A stretch of 64,000 bases of DNA from an uncultured Planctomycetaceae bacterium (GTDB taxonomy: Bacteria; Planctomycetota; Planctomycetia; Isosphaerales; Isosphaeraceae): assembly GCA_963833985.1 (NCBI GenBank), contig CAWIAD010000002.1, positions 3,712,001 to 3,776,000 of the forward strand. The letters are read 5' to 3'. The notes under the pieces were generated by a model that did not search any database, was not told the origin of the DNA, and worked only from the letters and a program-made list of their open reading frames with translations. How positions within the stretch are numbered: position 1 is the first letter of the stretch; every line of letters begins with the position of its first letter. Both the position numbers and the translations under genes were made by a program. Shown here piece by piece: positions 43,880-57,074 of the stretch.

Positions 43880-44209
43880 TTCAAAGATCTCAGAGACTGC
43901 TTGCAACCCGTCAGAAAACCGCCCTGGGGGCGGTGAGCCGAGTTCCCCTTCGTGCCGCAGATCTCCCTGCCGCACCGCTTCAGTGATGCGGATTAGTACC
44001 GCAGTTCGCAGAAGTAGGCAAGTCGGCTGTCAGACACTGGTTCTCTCTCGTTGCCAGCTTGCGTGGCTTGCTGCATCCCGACTGAACGCAGGCGGCCGAT
44101 CCGCATTCTGTTCGATGGTGAATGCTCCAGTAACCAGGTAAGATTCGTGTGGAATCGCCTACATGCCACGGAGGCTCACTACGCCGATAAGGCACCCCCC
44201 GAGGAAACC

Positions 44210-45682
44210 ATGTCCGCAACCGCCGCCATTTCCGACGTCACTCCGCTGGCTGCTCGCCTGCTTGCTGAGCTGACGGCGATCGTGGGAGCCGAGAACGTCT
44301 TGCACCATGGCGATGAGCTCCTGGTGTACGAGTGCGACGGCTACGTGGTGAACAAGAGCATTCCGGACGTCGTAGTCTTTCCGACCTGCACCGAGCACGT
44401 GGTGGATCTCGTGAAACTCTGCAACCGTCACGATGTACCGTTCGTGGCGCGGGGGGCGGGAACAAGCCTGGCGGGCGGAACCCTGGCGGTGGGCGGCGGG
44501 GTGATGATCTGTCTGACCCGGATGAAGCGGATCCTGGAGATCAACACGCGCGATCGCTACGCCATCGTCGAACCGGGCGTGGTGAATGTCTGGCTCACGC
44601 GTGCACTCGCGGGAACGGGCTTTCACTTCGCCCCGGACCCTTCCAGCCAGACGGCCTGCACCATCGGCGGCAACACGGCGACGAACTCCGGCGGGCCGCA
44701 CACGCTCAAGTACGGCGTGACGGTGAACCACGTCAAGGGCGTGGAGCTCGTCCTGCCGGACGCGTCGGTCGTCACGATCGGGGGTGTGACGGAGGACGCG
44801 CCGGGGCTGGATTTGGCCGGTCTCGTGGTCGGCAGCGAGGGAACCTTCGGCATCGTCACCAAGGTGATCGTCAACCTCACGCGCGACCCCGAGGCCGGGC
44901 GGACCCTCCTTGGGGTCTTCGACACGGTCGAGGCCGCGACCGAGACGGTCAGCGGCATCATCGCCGCAGGGATTATCCCCGCCGCGCTCGAGATGCTTGA
45001 TAACCTCATGATCCAGGCCGTCGAGCAGGCGTTCGGTTTCGGCTTCCCGACCGATGCCGGGGCGATCCTCATCATCGAGGTCGACGGCATCGACGCCGGC
45101 CTTGACCTGGAGGCACGGGAGATCACGGCCATCGTCCAGTCGCGTGCGGGACGGGTCCAGAAATCGATCACCTGGCGCACCCGCAAGGAACCGGAATATG
45201 TGGCAATCTGGAAGAGCCGGAAGTCGGCCTTCGGGGCGATTGGCCGCCTCAGTCCCACGTTTTGCACCCAGGACGGCGTCGTACCGCGGACGCTGCTGCC
45301 GCAGATCCTCCGGTTCATCGAGGGAGTCTCGCGGCGCTATGATCTGCGCATCGCCAATGTCTTCCATGCCGGCGACGGCAACATTCATCCCATACTGCTC
45401 TTCGACGAACGCGACGCCGAGCAGGTGAAGCGTGTGCTGCACGCCAGCCATGAGATCCTCGAAGAGTGCATCAGGCTCGGAGGCAGCGTGACCGGTGAGC
45501 ACGGCATCGGCGTGGAGAAGATGGCGCTCATGCCGCGACTCTTCGCCCCCGAGGACCTGGCCGCGATGGTGGCCGTCCGCAAGGCGCTGAACCCCGAGTC
45601 CCGGTGCAGCCCGTCCAAGCTGCTCCCCAGCGGTGGACATTGCCTGGAGCGGACGAAGCCTGGACGGCGGGCCTCGGCCTGA
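44210..45682 (+). CDS. glcD: Glycolate oxidase FAD subunit GlcD
   Basis: RGAGTSLAGG, PDPSSQTACTIGGN, GPHTLKYGVT, QDGVVPR, FHAGDGNIHP, GEHGIGVEK. Confidence 0.9.
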   Translation: MSATAAISDVTPLAARLLAELTAIVGAENVLHHGDELLVYECDGYVVNKSIPDVVVFPTCTEHVVDLVKLCNRHDVPFVARGAGTSLAGGTLAVGGGVMICLTRMKRILEINTRDRYAIVEPGVVNVWLTRALAGTGFHFAPDPSSQTACTIGGNTATNSGGPHTLKYGVTVNHVKGVELVLPDASVVTIGGVTEDAPGLDLAGLVVGSEGTFGIVTKVIVNLTRDPEAGRTLLGVFDTVEAATETVSGIIAAGIIPAALEMLDNLMIQAVEQAFGFGFPTDAGAILIIEVDGIDAGLDLEAREITAIVQSRAGRVQKSITWRTRKEPEYVAIWKSRKSAFGAIGRLSPTFCTQDGVVPRTLLPQILRFIEGVSRRYDLRIANVFHAGDGNIHPILLFDERDAEQVKRVLHASHEILEECIRLGGSVTGEHGIGVEKMALMPRLFAPEDLAAMVAVRKALNPESRCSPSKLLPSGGHCLERTKPGRRASA

Positions 45683-45932
45683 CTGGCTGGCGTTGCGGGG
45701 GGCAAGGCGGAGCGAGGGCAGGGCGGAGCGAGAGGAAGGGCGGCGCGCCGCATGCGGGGACGGCCCGGACCGGGGCTGCTTGCCGGCCCGGCTGCCGCCC
45801 TGTTCGTGGTGCATTCACGAGCAAGGCAAGGCCCGGTATGATGTCACGGTGAGTGGGAAGGTCGGTTGCTGGCAGTTCTGGAACGCGTGCTCTGAAGTGG
45901 TGGCGGCCGGAGACCCGGGGGGATGCGGCGCA

Positions 45933-46909
45933 GTGGGCAAGAGAAATCCTTACTCGCGCTGGCGCAGGCTTCCACCAGTCTTTCGCTCGGGGGAGCACAA
46001 GATTCCGGGGCCTGGCGAAGAGCCCCAACGGATCATCGTCTACTTGCCCGGTGCGGTCCTCGATCTGGCCCAGGAACTGGCCGGGCGGGCCGGCGTGGCG
46101 ACCGTTCAGGACTACTGCGCGGGTCTGCTGCGCCAGGCCATCGACAATGAGCGCGTCAAGGCGCACATGGCCGACGTCGAGGCCAAGCGCGGGCCGCTGG
46201 AAGGGTTTCACGCCATTGCCAGCGATCCGGGCTACCTGGCCGAGTGGCGGCGCGTTCCGGCAAGCACGAGGGCGACCAGGACGGCCCCAAGATTTTGAAC
46301 AGTGTTCCTGAGCATGCCGGAGCGCTGGCAGATCCGTCATCCGTGGAAGACGTCTCGGAGCCCTCCGCTCCCGAAGAGACTCGGGAGGAGGACCACGAGA
46401 AGGAGACCCGGAACGACCCATCACCAGCGGCCGAGACGGGCGGCCGATCCGAGCCCCTGCTGGTGCGCATCGCCGGGGCACCAAGGGTCATCGAGCGGGT
46501 TGTCGCGGAAAGGATCGTACCCCAAGTGCTTGATGGAACTGCTCTGGAGACTGTGCTGTCCCACGTGGGATCGGCCAGTCATCATCCGCATGGTTTTCTG
46601 CCCAGCCTGCGCAGGGGGCAGCCCGCGAGCCCCGCGGCGGTCTCCGAGCTGCTGGCTGCATTGCACAGCCTGGAGCGCGATCACCAGGGAGCCAGCCTGC
46701 TGGACCGCAGACTGTCCTATGCACTCTACCGGCTGGCCCTGGAATCTCAGGTTCTGCTCACCGAGGTGTGGCCGGGAGTGTTCGACGAGAACGCCACAAG
46801 CGCCATCCGGGCCGTGCAGGACATGGTCGAGCGGATCCTCTCCGGCACGGAGGAGACGCGGTATGACCCGCCTCCCCGGGAAGTTCCGGCTCTGGAGTCG
46901 ACGTCGTGA
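45933..46909 (+). CDS. Hypothetical protein inserted between glcD and glcE; frameshift near 46255
   Basis: ORFs 45633..46298 (3' part) and 46244..46909 join; its stop overlaps the glcE GTG start (GTGA). Confidence 0.55.
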
Positions 46910-48177
46910 ACGATCACGGGCAGCCATCCTGGCCCGAGCCGCCGGCCGCGGGTCCGCTGGGCAACGGCCGCTACGCCCTGGCGCACCTTCGGCCGGACAG
47001 CGTTTCCGAGCTCTGCCAGGCAATCAGCGCGCACGTCCGCGAGGGACACGCCATCTACCCTCAGGGCGGGGCGACAGCACTCGACTACGGCGGCATTCCG
47101 GGCCGTCCCGGCGTGGCCGTCGATACGCGGTCGCTCGGCCAGGTGATCGATTATCCGCACGCCGATATGACCATCACCGTCCAGGCTGGCATCACGGCGG
47201 CCGCGCTCCATGCGGTCCTGGCCGACAAGAAACAGCGGCTGCTGATTGATATTCCCCAGCCCGAGCGCGCGACGCTGGGCGGCGTCTTCGCCACCAGTGC
47301 CTGCGGACCGCGCCGGTATGGCTCGGGCCGGCCGCGTGACCAGATCATCGGCGTGAGCTTCGTTACCTCGGAGGGCGTCGAGGTGAAGGGTGGCGGGCGC
47401 GTGGTCAAGAACGTGGCGGGCTACGATTTCCCCAAGCTGCTCACGGGCTCGCTGGGGACCCTCGGAGTCATCACCCAGATGACGCTCAAGGTTCGGCCCA
47501 GACCAGAAGCCTCGGCCGTCGCCTGGGTCCCGTTCGCCGCTCCGGCGCCTCTGGCCGAAGCGCTCGACGCGCTGAACGTGTCGGGCGCTCGGCCCGTGGC
47601 TCTCGACCTGCTCGACGCGTACGCGGCGGGCCAGATCGGCGGACCCATGGGCCTGCCAGCGGAGCGCTGGGTGCTGGCGATCGGCCTCGAGGACAACGCC
47701 ACATCGGTGCGGTGGCAGATCGATCGGCTCAGGAGCGAGCTCGGCCGGCCGGACCTGAACGTTCCTCAGGACGTGGAGGCGGCCGCTTTGTGGGACAATC
47801 TGACCGACTTCACGGTGGCCGAGCCCGGTCCGCTCTCGTGCGTCCTGACGACTCGGCCGTCTGCTGTTGTCGCCTTCATCGAGATTCTGGATCCGCTGCG
47901 CTGGACTGTCCAGGCGCACGCGGGGAATGGCGTCGTGCGGCTTCATGCCCTGGGTGCCTGGGAAATGCAGCAGGCGGCAGCCGAGATCGACCGCTTCCGG
48001 AGCATGGTCAGCACGCAGGGTGGCAGCGTGGTCGTGACCCGCTGCCCGGCGGACTGGAATGAACGCCTGGCCGTCTGGGGGCCATCGCGGCCTGACTGGG
48101 AAGTGGCCCGGCGCGTCCAGCAGGCACTCGATCCCGCGGGTGCCATGAACCCGGGACGATTCGTGGGAGCTTGCTGA
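46906..48177 (+). CDS. glcE: Glycolate oxidase FAD-binding subunit GlcE
   Basis: DMTITVQAG, ATLGG..GPRRYGSGRPRD, GGRVVKNVAGYDFPKLLTGSLGTLGVI, LDPAGAMNPGRF. Confidence 0.88.
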   Translation: MNDHGQPSWPEPPAAGPLGNGRYALAHLRPDSVSELCQAISAHVREGHAIYPQGGATALDYGGIPGRPGVAVDTRSLGQVIDYPHADMTITVQAGITAAALHAVLADKKQRLLIDIPQPERATLGGVFATSACGPRRYGSGRPRDQIIGVSFVTSEGVEVKGGGRVVKNVAGYDFPKLLTGSLGTLGVITQMTLKVRPRPEASAVAWVPFAAPAPLAEALDALNVSGARPVALDLLDAYAAGQIGGPMGLPAERWVLAIGLEDNATSVRWQIDRLRSELGRPDLNVPQDVEAAALWDNLTDFTVAEPGPLSCVLTTRPSAVVAFIEILDPLRWTVQAHAGNGVVRLHALGAWEMQQAAAEIDRFRSMVSTQGGSVVVTRCPADWNERLAVWGPSRPDWEVARRVQQALDPAGAMNPGRFVGAC

Positions 48178-49535
48178 TGCAACTGGAATTGAACCCGGCT
48201 CCCGGCACAACGACAACGACGACGAGCCTGCCGCCCGGAGCGGAGGCGGGTGTTGACGTAGGGTGGTTGATGCAGCGGATCGACTACCGCAACTTCCAGG
48301 AATGCGTGCACTGCGGCCTCTGCACGGCCAGTTGCCCCACGTACCTGGAAACGGCCAACGAGAACGACAGCCCGCGCGGGCGTATCTACTTGATGCGCGC
48401 AGTGGCCGATGGCCGGCTGGGTGTGGGACCGCACGTCCGCCGGCATCTGGAGCTATGCCTGGACTGCCGGGCCTGCGAGTCCGCCTGCCCGTCGGGTGTG
48501 CGCTACGGCAGCCTGATCGAGCCATTCAAGATTGCCATGCAGAAGGACGCTCCGGCCGCGGCCAGGTCGAGCCTGCTGGAGCGCATGATCCTCCATCACC
48601 TGTTCCCTTACGCGGGACGCGTCAAGACAGCGCTCCTGCCGGCGCGGCTGCTCCAGAAAATGGGGTTTCTGGACTTCGCCGAGCGCTCGGGATTGACCCG
48701 GCTGCTGCCCCCGACCCTGCGGCGGATGGCGGCCATGCTCCCACGCTTCGGACGCGCCGCGGGCAGGCTCCCCGACAGACTGCCGCCGGTCGGACCAAGG
48801 CGGGCACGAGTCGCCCTCTTCCTCGGCTGCGTGGCCGACGCCATGTATCCCGAGACGAACGCCGCCACGGCCCGCGTGCTCCAGCAAAACGGCTGCGAGG
48901 TGGTCATCCCGCGCTCGCAGGTCTGCTGCGGTGCCATCCACTATCATTCCGGAGCCGAGGCTCCCGGGCTGGAACTGGCGCGGCGGAACCTCGCGGCCTT
49001 TGATCCCGACCAGTTCGACGCGATCATCGTCAATGCGGCCGGCTGCGGTGCGATGCTCAAGGACTATGGCCATCTCCTTCCCACCAGTGAGCGCGATCAG
49101 GCCGCCCGCTTCGTCGCCAAGGTGAAAGACATCTCCGAGTTTCTCGTCGCGCTCGGGCCGGTGCCGCCCACACATTCGCTGCCCCGGAAAGTGGCCTATC
49201 ACGACGCCTGCCATCTGTGCCACGCCCAGCAGATCCGCAGCCAGCCGCGGCAGCTTCTGGAAATGATTCCCGGTCTCGAGCTGGTTCCCCTGGACGAGAG
49301 CGAGCTTTGCTGCGGCGCTGCGGGCACCTACAACCTCACCCAGCCAGAGATGTCGGAGCGGCTGGGCCAGAGGAAGATGGACAGGATTGAAGCCACCGGC
49401 GCCTCGGTCGTCGCCGCCGGCAACGTCGGCTGCATCCTCCAGATCGCCCGCAAGATCAAGGAGCGCAAGAGCCCCATCGAGGTGGTTCATCCGGTCGACC
49501 TTCTCGATCGGGCTTACCGGGGAAAGCAGGCCTGA
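48177..49535 (+). CDS. glcF: Glycolate oxidase iron-sulfur subunit GlcF
   Basis: CVHCGLCTASCPTY, SPRGRIYLM, CLDCRACESACPSGV, CCG motifs, YHDACHLCH, CCGAAGTYN. Confidence 0.92.
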   Translation: MQLELNPAPGTTTTTTSLPPGAEAGVDVGWLMQRIDYRNFQECVHCGLCTASCPTYLETANENDSPRGRIYLMRAVADGRLGVGPHVRRHLELCLDCRACESACPSGVRYGSLIEPFKIAMQKDAPAAARSSLLERMILHHLFPYAGRVKTALLPARLLQKMGFLDFAERSGLTRLLPPTLRRMAAMLPRFGRAAGRLPDRLPPVGPRRARVALFLGCVADAMYPETNAATARVLQQNGCEVVIPRSQVCCGAIHYHSGAEAPGLELARRNLAAFDPDQFDAIIVNAAGCGAMLKDYGHLLPTSERDQAARFVAKVKDISEFLVALGPVPPTHSLPRKVAYHDACHLCHAQQIRSQPRQLLEMIPGLELVPLDESELCCGAAGTYNLTQPEMSERLGQRKMDRIEATGASVVAAGNVGCILQIARKIKERKSPIEVVHPVDLLDRAYRGKQA

Positions 49536-49574
49536 ATGAGCACGTCTACCGGTCACGAGGAGGTCGCAACCCGC

Positions 49575-50261
49575 ATGAGCACCATGGCCGTGACCCCAAA
49601 GCGCCAGGCGGCCGCGCAGCCGCAGGCAGAGACCCGCATCCGGGTGCCGAACGCGTCCTGGAGCCTGTACGAACACTTCGTCAACAATCTCCCTGAACGC
49701 TCGCCGATCCGAACCGCGTTCGACGGAAGGGATATGGAGATCATGGTCAAGGGACCGGTGCACGACCACTTCGCCGATTTGCTGGCCGATCTGGTCAAGA
49801 ACACTGCGGCCGCCCTGGACGTCCGGATCAAAGGTCTCGGGGAGACGACCTGGATTCGACCAAAGATCGAGCGCGGCATCGAGGCCGACCGATCTTACTA
49901 CCTTGAACCGGGGAAGATCTCGTCCGCTGTGGCGGCCATCAGCCGGCGTGTGAACGACGTGGCCGCTTACCCTGACCCCGATCTGGTGATCGAGGTCGAT
50001 ATTTCTGTTCCCAAGACGGACCGCGCGAGCATTTATGCGGCTCTAGGCGTCACGGAACTCTGGGTCTTCGACGGCGAGATCTTGACGATCCAGCGCCTGA
50101 ACGAGCACGGTTGCTACCAGCTGGTGGAGCGGAGCGGCTTTTTGCGTGTTCGGGCCGACCAGGTTCCGCGCTGGTTAACCGCCGAAGACGCTTCCGATTA
50201 CGACGCCTGGACGCGCCGGGTTCGAGAATGGGCGGAAAAAGAACTGCGCGGGCCGTCATAG
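49575..50261 (+). CDS. Uma2-family (PD-(D/E)XK) endonuclease-like protein
   Basis: AFDGRDMEIM..PVHD, GIEADRSYY, PDPDLVIEVDIS, YAALGVTELWVFDG; GAGGAGG before ATG 49575 (alternative start 49536). Confidence 0.88.
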   Translation: MSTMAVTPKRQAAAQPQAETRIRVPNASWSLYEHFVNNLPERSPIRTAFDGRDMEIMVKGPVHDHFADLLADLVKNTAAALDVRIKGLGETTWIRPKIERGIEADRSYYLEPGKISSAVAAISRRVNDVAAYPDPDLVIEVDISVPKTDRASIYAALGVTELWVFDGEILTIQRLNEHGCYQLVERSGFLRVRADQVPRWLTAEDASDYDAWTRRVREWAEKELRGPS

Positions 50262-50364
50262 ACCATGAGCATCAGGGGTTCTGCGCCTTGACTTGCCCGA
50301 CTTCGTCCTGCCCACCGAGCATTCTGGAAAAACCTGTATAGTCGGAGCCCCGTCCGGGCCTTCC

Positions 50365-50650
50365 ATGGCCACGGCGTCGCTCTGGATCGTGCTCGGGCTT
50401 GCCGCGGTCGGGCTCGCCGCAACGGCTCGATCGAGGCCCATAGGCGCCCGGGTGCAGGGACGGGTTGTCGACCATATTCCCACGGAACCGGCCCCACCAC
50501 CCTCGGTCAAGACCGACGACCAGGGACGATTCTCCCTGCGGCGACCGGCGTCCGAGGCCGAAGGGATCGCCATCGTTTGCGAGCAAGGCTGCATTGCCCG
50601 TCACTTCATGAGGGAAGAGGAGGAGGAGGGAGCCGCGCCCTACCGTGTTT
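50365..50650 (+). pseudogene. Possible remnant of an exported protein (carboxypeptidase-regulatory-like fragment)
   Basis: Hydrophobic ASLWIVLGLAAVGLAA then VQGRVVD..KTDDQGRFSL; short and runs into the Uma2 3' end. Confidence 0.3.
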
Positions 50651-50653
50651 CGC

Positions 50654-51301
50654 TCAGCGAAGTGATTCTGCCCAGGCACGCAGGCGATCCTCCCAGGCAT
50701 CTGGATTGCTGTTGTCCTCGACGACGAGCCAGCGCGTGGCGTCCCGCGACGTGACCGGGAGCCAGCGACTGCGGCCGGTGTCGCGGTACACGCCATCACC
50801 GAGCTGCCAGATCGTCACCGTCTGGCCGTCGAACGTCCACAGCTCCGGCACCTGGAGCACCGCGTAGATGGCCGGCCGGTCCACCTGGGGTCGCGAGATG
50901 TCGACCTCGACGGCCAGGTCGGGGTTGGGATACTCGGCGACATCGTTCTCCTTGCGGCCCAGCAGCTCTCGCACGACCGCCAGCTTCGCCGGGTCGAACA
51001 TGTAGCTCTGATCGGCTTCGAGCCCACGCTCGATCTCCGGGCGGATCCATGTCGTCTTGCCGAGTGCCCGGCGGCTGATGCCCAGCACGCGGGCCACCGC
51101 CGTGATGAACCGGTCCAGGAGCCAGCCATAGTCGTCGTGCACCGGCCCGGTGACCATGATCTCCAGGTCCTTCCCATCGTAAGCCATCCGCACCGTCGAC
51201 TGCCGGCAGAGGTCCACATACGTCTCCCACGCCACGTTCGCGAACCCGAGCCGCAGCTCGCCGGCCGGCGGTCTGTCCGTTGCTCTTGTCGCCGTGCTCA
51301 T
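50654..51301 (-). CDS. Uma2-family endonuclease-like protein
   Basis: AYDGKDLEIMVTGPVHD, GLEADQSY, PNPDLAVEVDIS, YAVLQVPELWTFDG. Confidence 0.88.
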   Translation of the reverse strand: MSTATRATDRPPAGELRLGFANVAWETYVDLCRQSTVRMAYDGKDLEIMVTGPVHDDYGWLLDRFITAVARVLGISRRALGKTTWIRPEIERGLEADQSYMFDPAKLAVVRELLGRKENDVAEYPNPDLAVEVDISRPQVDRPAIYAVLQVPELWTFDGQTVTIWQLGDGVYRDTGRSRWLPVTSRDATRWLVVEDNSNPDAWEDRLRAWAESLR

Positions 51302-51340
51302 GAGTCGCCACCTTTCCGGCCCGGCAGGAGGTCGGCCACG
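51201..51340. repeat. Direct repeat copy 1 (140 bp) of Uma2-Uma2 junction
   Basis: Aligns without gaps to 56351-56490 (offset 5150), e.g. AGCCGCAGCTCG, GCCGGCGGTCTGTCC, GTGCTCAT, GGCCCGGCAG, GTCGGCCACG. Confidence 0.85.
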
Positions 51341-51525
51341 CCCGGTTCGCCTGGGTGCGTGAGCGGCGCGCCCTTCCAGACGATGAGTCCCTGGTACAGC
51401 CACACGGGTTCGTCACCGGAGATCATGCCATGCTCGACCATCGCCTCGTACGGTTCGCACGAGAGCCGATAGACCAAGCCCGGCGGAGGCAGAGCGTCGA
51501 TGTAACGGTGGGGGTGGGGGGTCAT
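51298..51525 (-). pseudogene. Internally deleted Uma2 gene remnant
   Basis: YRLSCEPYEAMVEHGMI..VWLYQGLIVWK and VADLLPGRKGG match the N- and C-termini of Uma2 56451..57071; the catalytic core is absent. Confidence 0.65.
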
Positions 51526-52125
51526 CAATTTCATCTCCCGAAAAGGAAACGTGCAAGCCTTGAGGCTCCCCACATCAGCGATGCTGTATCTTACCGCCCG
51601 CCCTGGTCCCTGGACAGCGTGGTCGACCGGCAATCGCCGGCCCCCTTCTCACCACGACAGGCGAGGTCGCCTGGGTCGCAGGGAGGTTGCCAGCCAGGAC
51701 CGTGGCGCTGGAACAGGGCGACTCAGGTTGAGGTTGGCACAGGTAGACACAGGCAGTCGAGCCGGATGGCGATGCGAGGGGGACGTGGTGAGGCATGCCG
51801 GCATAGATTAGAGGGGCACATGATCGCGACGCGTTACTCCGGTACGTCCGGCAGAACGGGCTCAGCTCCGTCAGGCAGATCTGGAGTCCCCGTGCTCAAT
51901 CAGAAAAGGCGGCGTCCGCCTGTGGGGCTTATTCGATTTCGAGTGTGCCGACCGCCTTCGTGCTCGGACAGGACGGGCGGATCCTCTGGCGCGGGCATCC
52001 CGCATCAATCGAGCTGGAACGCAAGCTCCAGGAAATGCTCGCACAGCCCCGATGAGCAAGAAAAGCCTTCTCAACGACATCGCCGGACGGTGGGATTCCC
52101 ATCCGCCCGGCAATGGCTCGTTCGT

Positions 52126-53429
<1,304 letters not shown>

Positions 53430-53551
53430 GACCAGGTCCTCCCCTTCCAGGAACCAGCTCGCGACTCGTCGCCCCTCGTCGAGGCGGGCGCGCGGACATG
53501 GCGCGCCGGTACTACTGCCGCGATCTATGGAAGGCCCGCAGCGCCGGGCCC

Positions 53552-55156
<1,605 letters not shown>

Positions 55157-55180
55157 GGCTGCGGCCTCCCCTCGTTGTTT

Positions 55181-55250
55181 CAATAACCTTTTTCATTATT
55201 GGTTCGCCAAAAAGTATTTGACAGCACAATTCTTCCAATAGACAGTATTG
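55181..55250. promoter_or_regulatory. Divergent aceB/LysR promoter region with two inverted repeats
   Basis: AT-rich; CAATAA-N9-TTATTG (55181-55201), TTGACA (55218-55223), CAATA-N5-TATTG (55236-55250). Confidence 0.55.
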
Positions 55251-55338
55251 AGTTCATGGAGCGGTTGCACGTGCCTGACGAAGTTCACGGTCAGTCGTGC
55301 AACCTTCGGCGCCGCGGCCTGGCGCGGGAGGTCTGCGC

Positions 55339-56340
55339 ATGTCTATCCAGTTGCCTTCGCACGAGAGCCACGGGAACCGGCTGCGCCGGCTGCGGAGCTT
55401 CTGCTTCGCCGCGCAGACCGGCAGCATCTCTCGCGCGGCCGAGCTCGCGCTCCTGAGCCAGCCTTCCGTATCGCTCCAGATCCAGTCGCTCGAGCTGGAA
55501 TTCAAGGCCCAGCTCTTCCAGCGCCGGGGACCGAAGATCATCCTCACTCCGGAAGGCCAGGCCCTGTACAAGCTGGCCTGGCCGCTTGTCGAGGCCGTCG
55601 ACTCGTTGCCGGTGACCTTTCACGCCAGCCAGAACGGCATTGAATCCGGCCGGCTGAACATCGCGGCGGGCGAGTCGACCATCCTCTACATCCTGCCCGA
55701 GGTCATCCGTCAGTATGCCCATGATCACCCCGGCATCGAGCTGCGGCTTCAGAACGTCACCGGCCGCGATGGCCTGAAGATGCTTCGCAATGACGCTGTC
55801 GACTTCGCGGTCGGATCGATGATCGAGGTCCCCGACGACATCGATTACACACCGACCTTCCGCTACGACCCGGTGCTGATCACGGCCCGCGACCATCCCC
55901 TGGCCGTGAAGTCCCGGGTCACCATCAAGGACGTCGCGGAGCATCCGCTCATCCTGCCGCCCCAGCATCTGACCACCTGGCGCGTGGTCGATTTCGTGTT
56001 CCAGAAATATGGGCTGAACTATCGCGTGGCCCTGGAAGCGGGCGGCTGGGAGGTGATCAAGCGCTACGTCGAGCTGGGGCTCGGAATTTCGATCGTCACC
56101 AGCATCTGCCTGACCGGCAAGGAGGACGTGGCGGTCATTCCCTTCAACCGCTACTTCCCGCAGCGCACCTATGGCCTGGTGCAGCGCAAGGGCAAGCTTC
56201 CCTCGCCCCCGGCCGCGCGGTTCATGGCCATGCTGAGCGAGCGCGCCGGTAAGAGTCGCGCGCCGCGGCCCCGCAAATCGCGCGGGTCCGCCCGCAGCGC
56301 CTCCCCATCACGGGGCGAGTCCCTGGGCGACCTGTCGTGA
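55339..56340 (+). CDS. LysR-family transcriptional regulator
   Basis: LRRLRSF..GSISRAAELALLSQPSVSLQIQSLE..LFQR..LTPEG; VELGLGISIV; divergent from aceB. Confidence 0.93.
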   Translation: MSIQLPSHESHGNRLRRLRSFCFAAQTGSISRAAELALLSQPSVSLQIQSLELEFKAQLFQRRGPKIILTPEGQALYKLAWPLVEAVDSLPVTFHASQNGIESGRLNIAAGESTILYILPEVIRQYAHDHPGIELRLQNVTGRDGLKMLRNDAVDFAVGSMIEVPDDIDYTPTFRYDPVLITARDHPLAVKSRVTIKDVAEHPLILPPQHLTTWRVVDFVFQKYGLNYRVALEAGGWEVIKRYVELGLGISIVTSICLTGKEDVAVIPFNRYFPQRTYGLVQRKGKLPSPPAARFMAMLSERAGKSRAPRPRKSRGSARSASPSRGESLGDLS

Positions 56341-56350
56341 TCCCGGTAAT

Positions 56351-56490
56351 TGCCGGCAGAGCTCCGCGTACGACTTGAACGCTATCCCCGCGCACCGCAG
56401 CCGCAGCTCGCAGGCCGGCGGTCTGTCCAGCGGTCTCGTCGCGGTGCTCATCACTTGCCGCCTTTCGGGCCCGGCAGCAGGTCGGCCACG
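56351..56490. repeat. Direct repeat copy 2; contains a truncated 5' end of a Uma2 gene (MSTATRPLDRPPACELRL)
   Basis: Homologous to 51201-51340; the minus-strand fragment starting at ATG 56451 loses similarity at the LysR 3' end. Confidence 0.8.
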
Positions 56491-57071
56491 GCGATCCGGG
56501 CCGCCACCTGGGCGTCCAGCACCAGCTCGACCGTCTCCGTCTCTCCCAGGATCGTGGGGGCCGGGTAGGCGCCGGCGGCCGGGTGCGCGTACACCTCGAG
56601 CTGCCGGTCGGTCACGTTGAGGATCCAGTACACCGCGATGCCGCCCCCGCCATAGGTCGCGGCCATGGCCCGGTCGGCGGCGAGGGTGGAGTCCGAGATC
56701 TCGACCACCAGGGCGACGTCCGCCGGGCCGGGATCGGACTTCAGGTAATCGTCCGGGTCGCCGCGTGCCACCGAGATGTCCGGCTCGGGCATGCTCTCAC
56801 GCGCGGCAATGCGGACCGGAGTCTCGGCCCGAACGTGCCAGCCGGCCGGCAAGACCCGCTCGATCGCCTGGCGTACCTTGACCGAACCCGCGGAGTGTCT
56901 CCTGCCCTTGGTCATCTTCTCCACCAGCATCCCTTCGATCAGCTCGAGCCGATCGTCCCTCGTGAACGCTCCCGAGGCAACCATGGCCTCGTACTTCTCA
57001 ACGCTCAGGCGGGCCATCCGCCGCCCCGGCGGCAAGCCCGCGACCACCGGCGTTTCCGTGCTCGTGCTCAT
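56451..57071 (-). CDS. Uma2-family endonuclease-like protein
   Basis: RLSVEKYEAM..RLELIEGMLVEKM, SMPEPDISV, VALVVEISDSTL, YGGGGIAVYWILNV. Confidence 0.9.
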   Translation of the reverse strand: MSTSTETPVVAGLPPGRRMARLSVEKYEAMVASGAFTRDDRLELIEGMLVEKMTKGRRHSAGSVKVRQAIERVLPAGWHVRAETPVRIAARESMPEPDISVARGDPDDYLKSDPGPADVALVVEISDSTLAADRAMAATYGGGGIAVYWILNVTDRQLEVYAHPAAGAYPAPTILGETETVELVLDAQVAARIAVADLLPGPKGGK

Positions 57072-57074
57072 CAG

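Noticed and set aside
51560..52120. Short ORFs between the Uma2 remnant and aceA
   Set aside because: No motifs or convincing starts; only an imperfect hairpin at about 52078-52114 that may terminate aceA.
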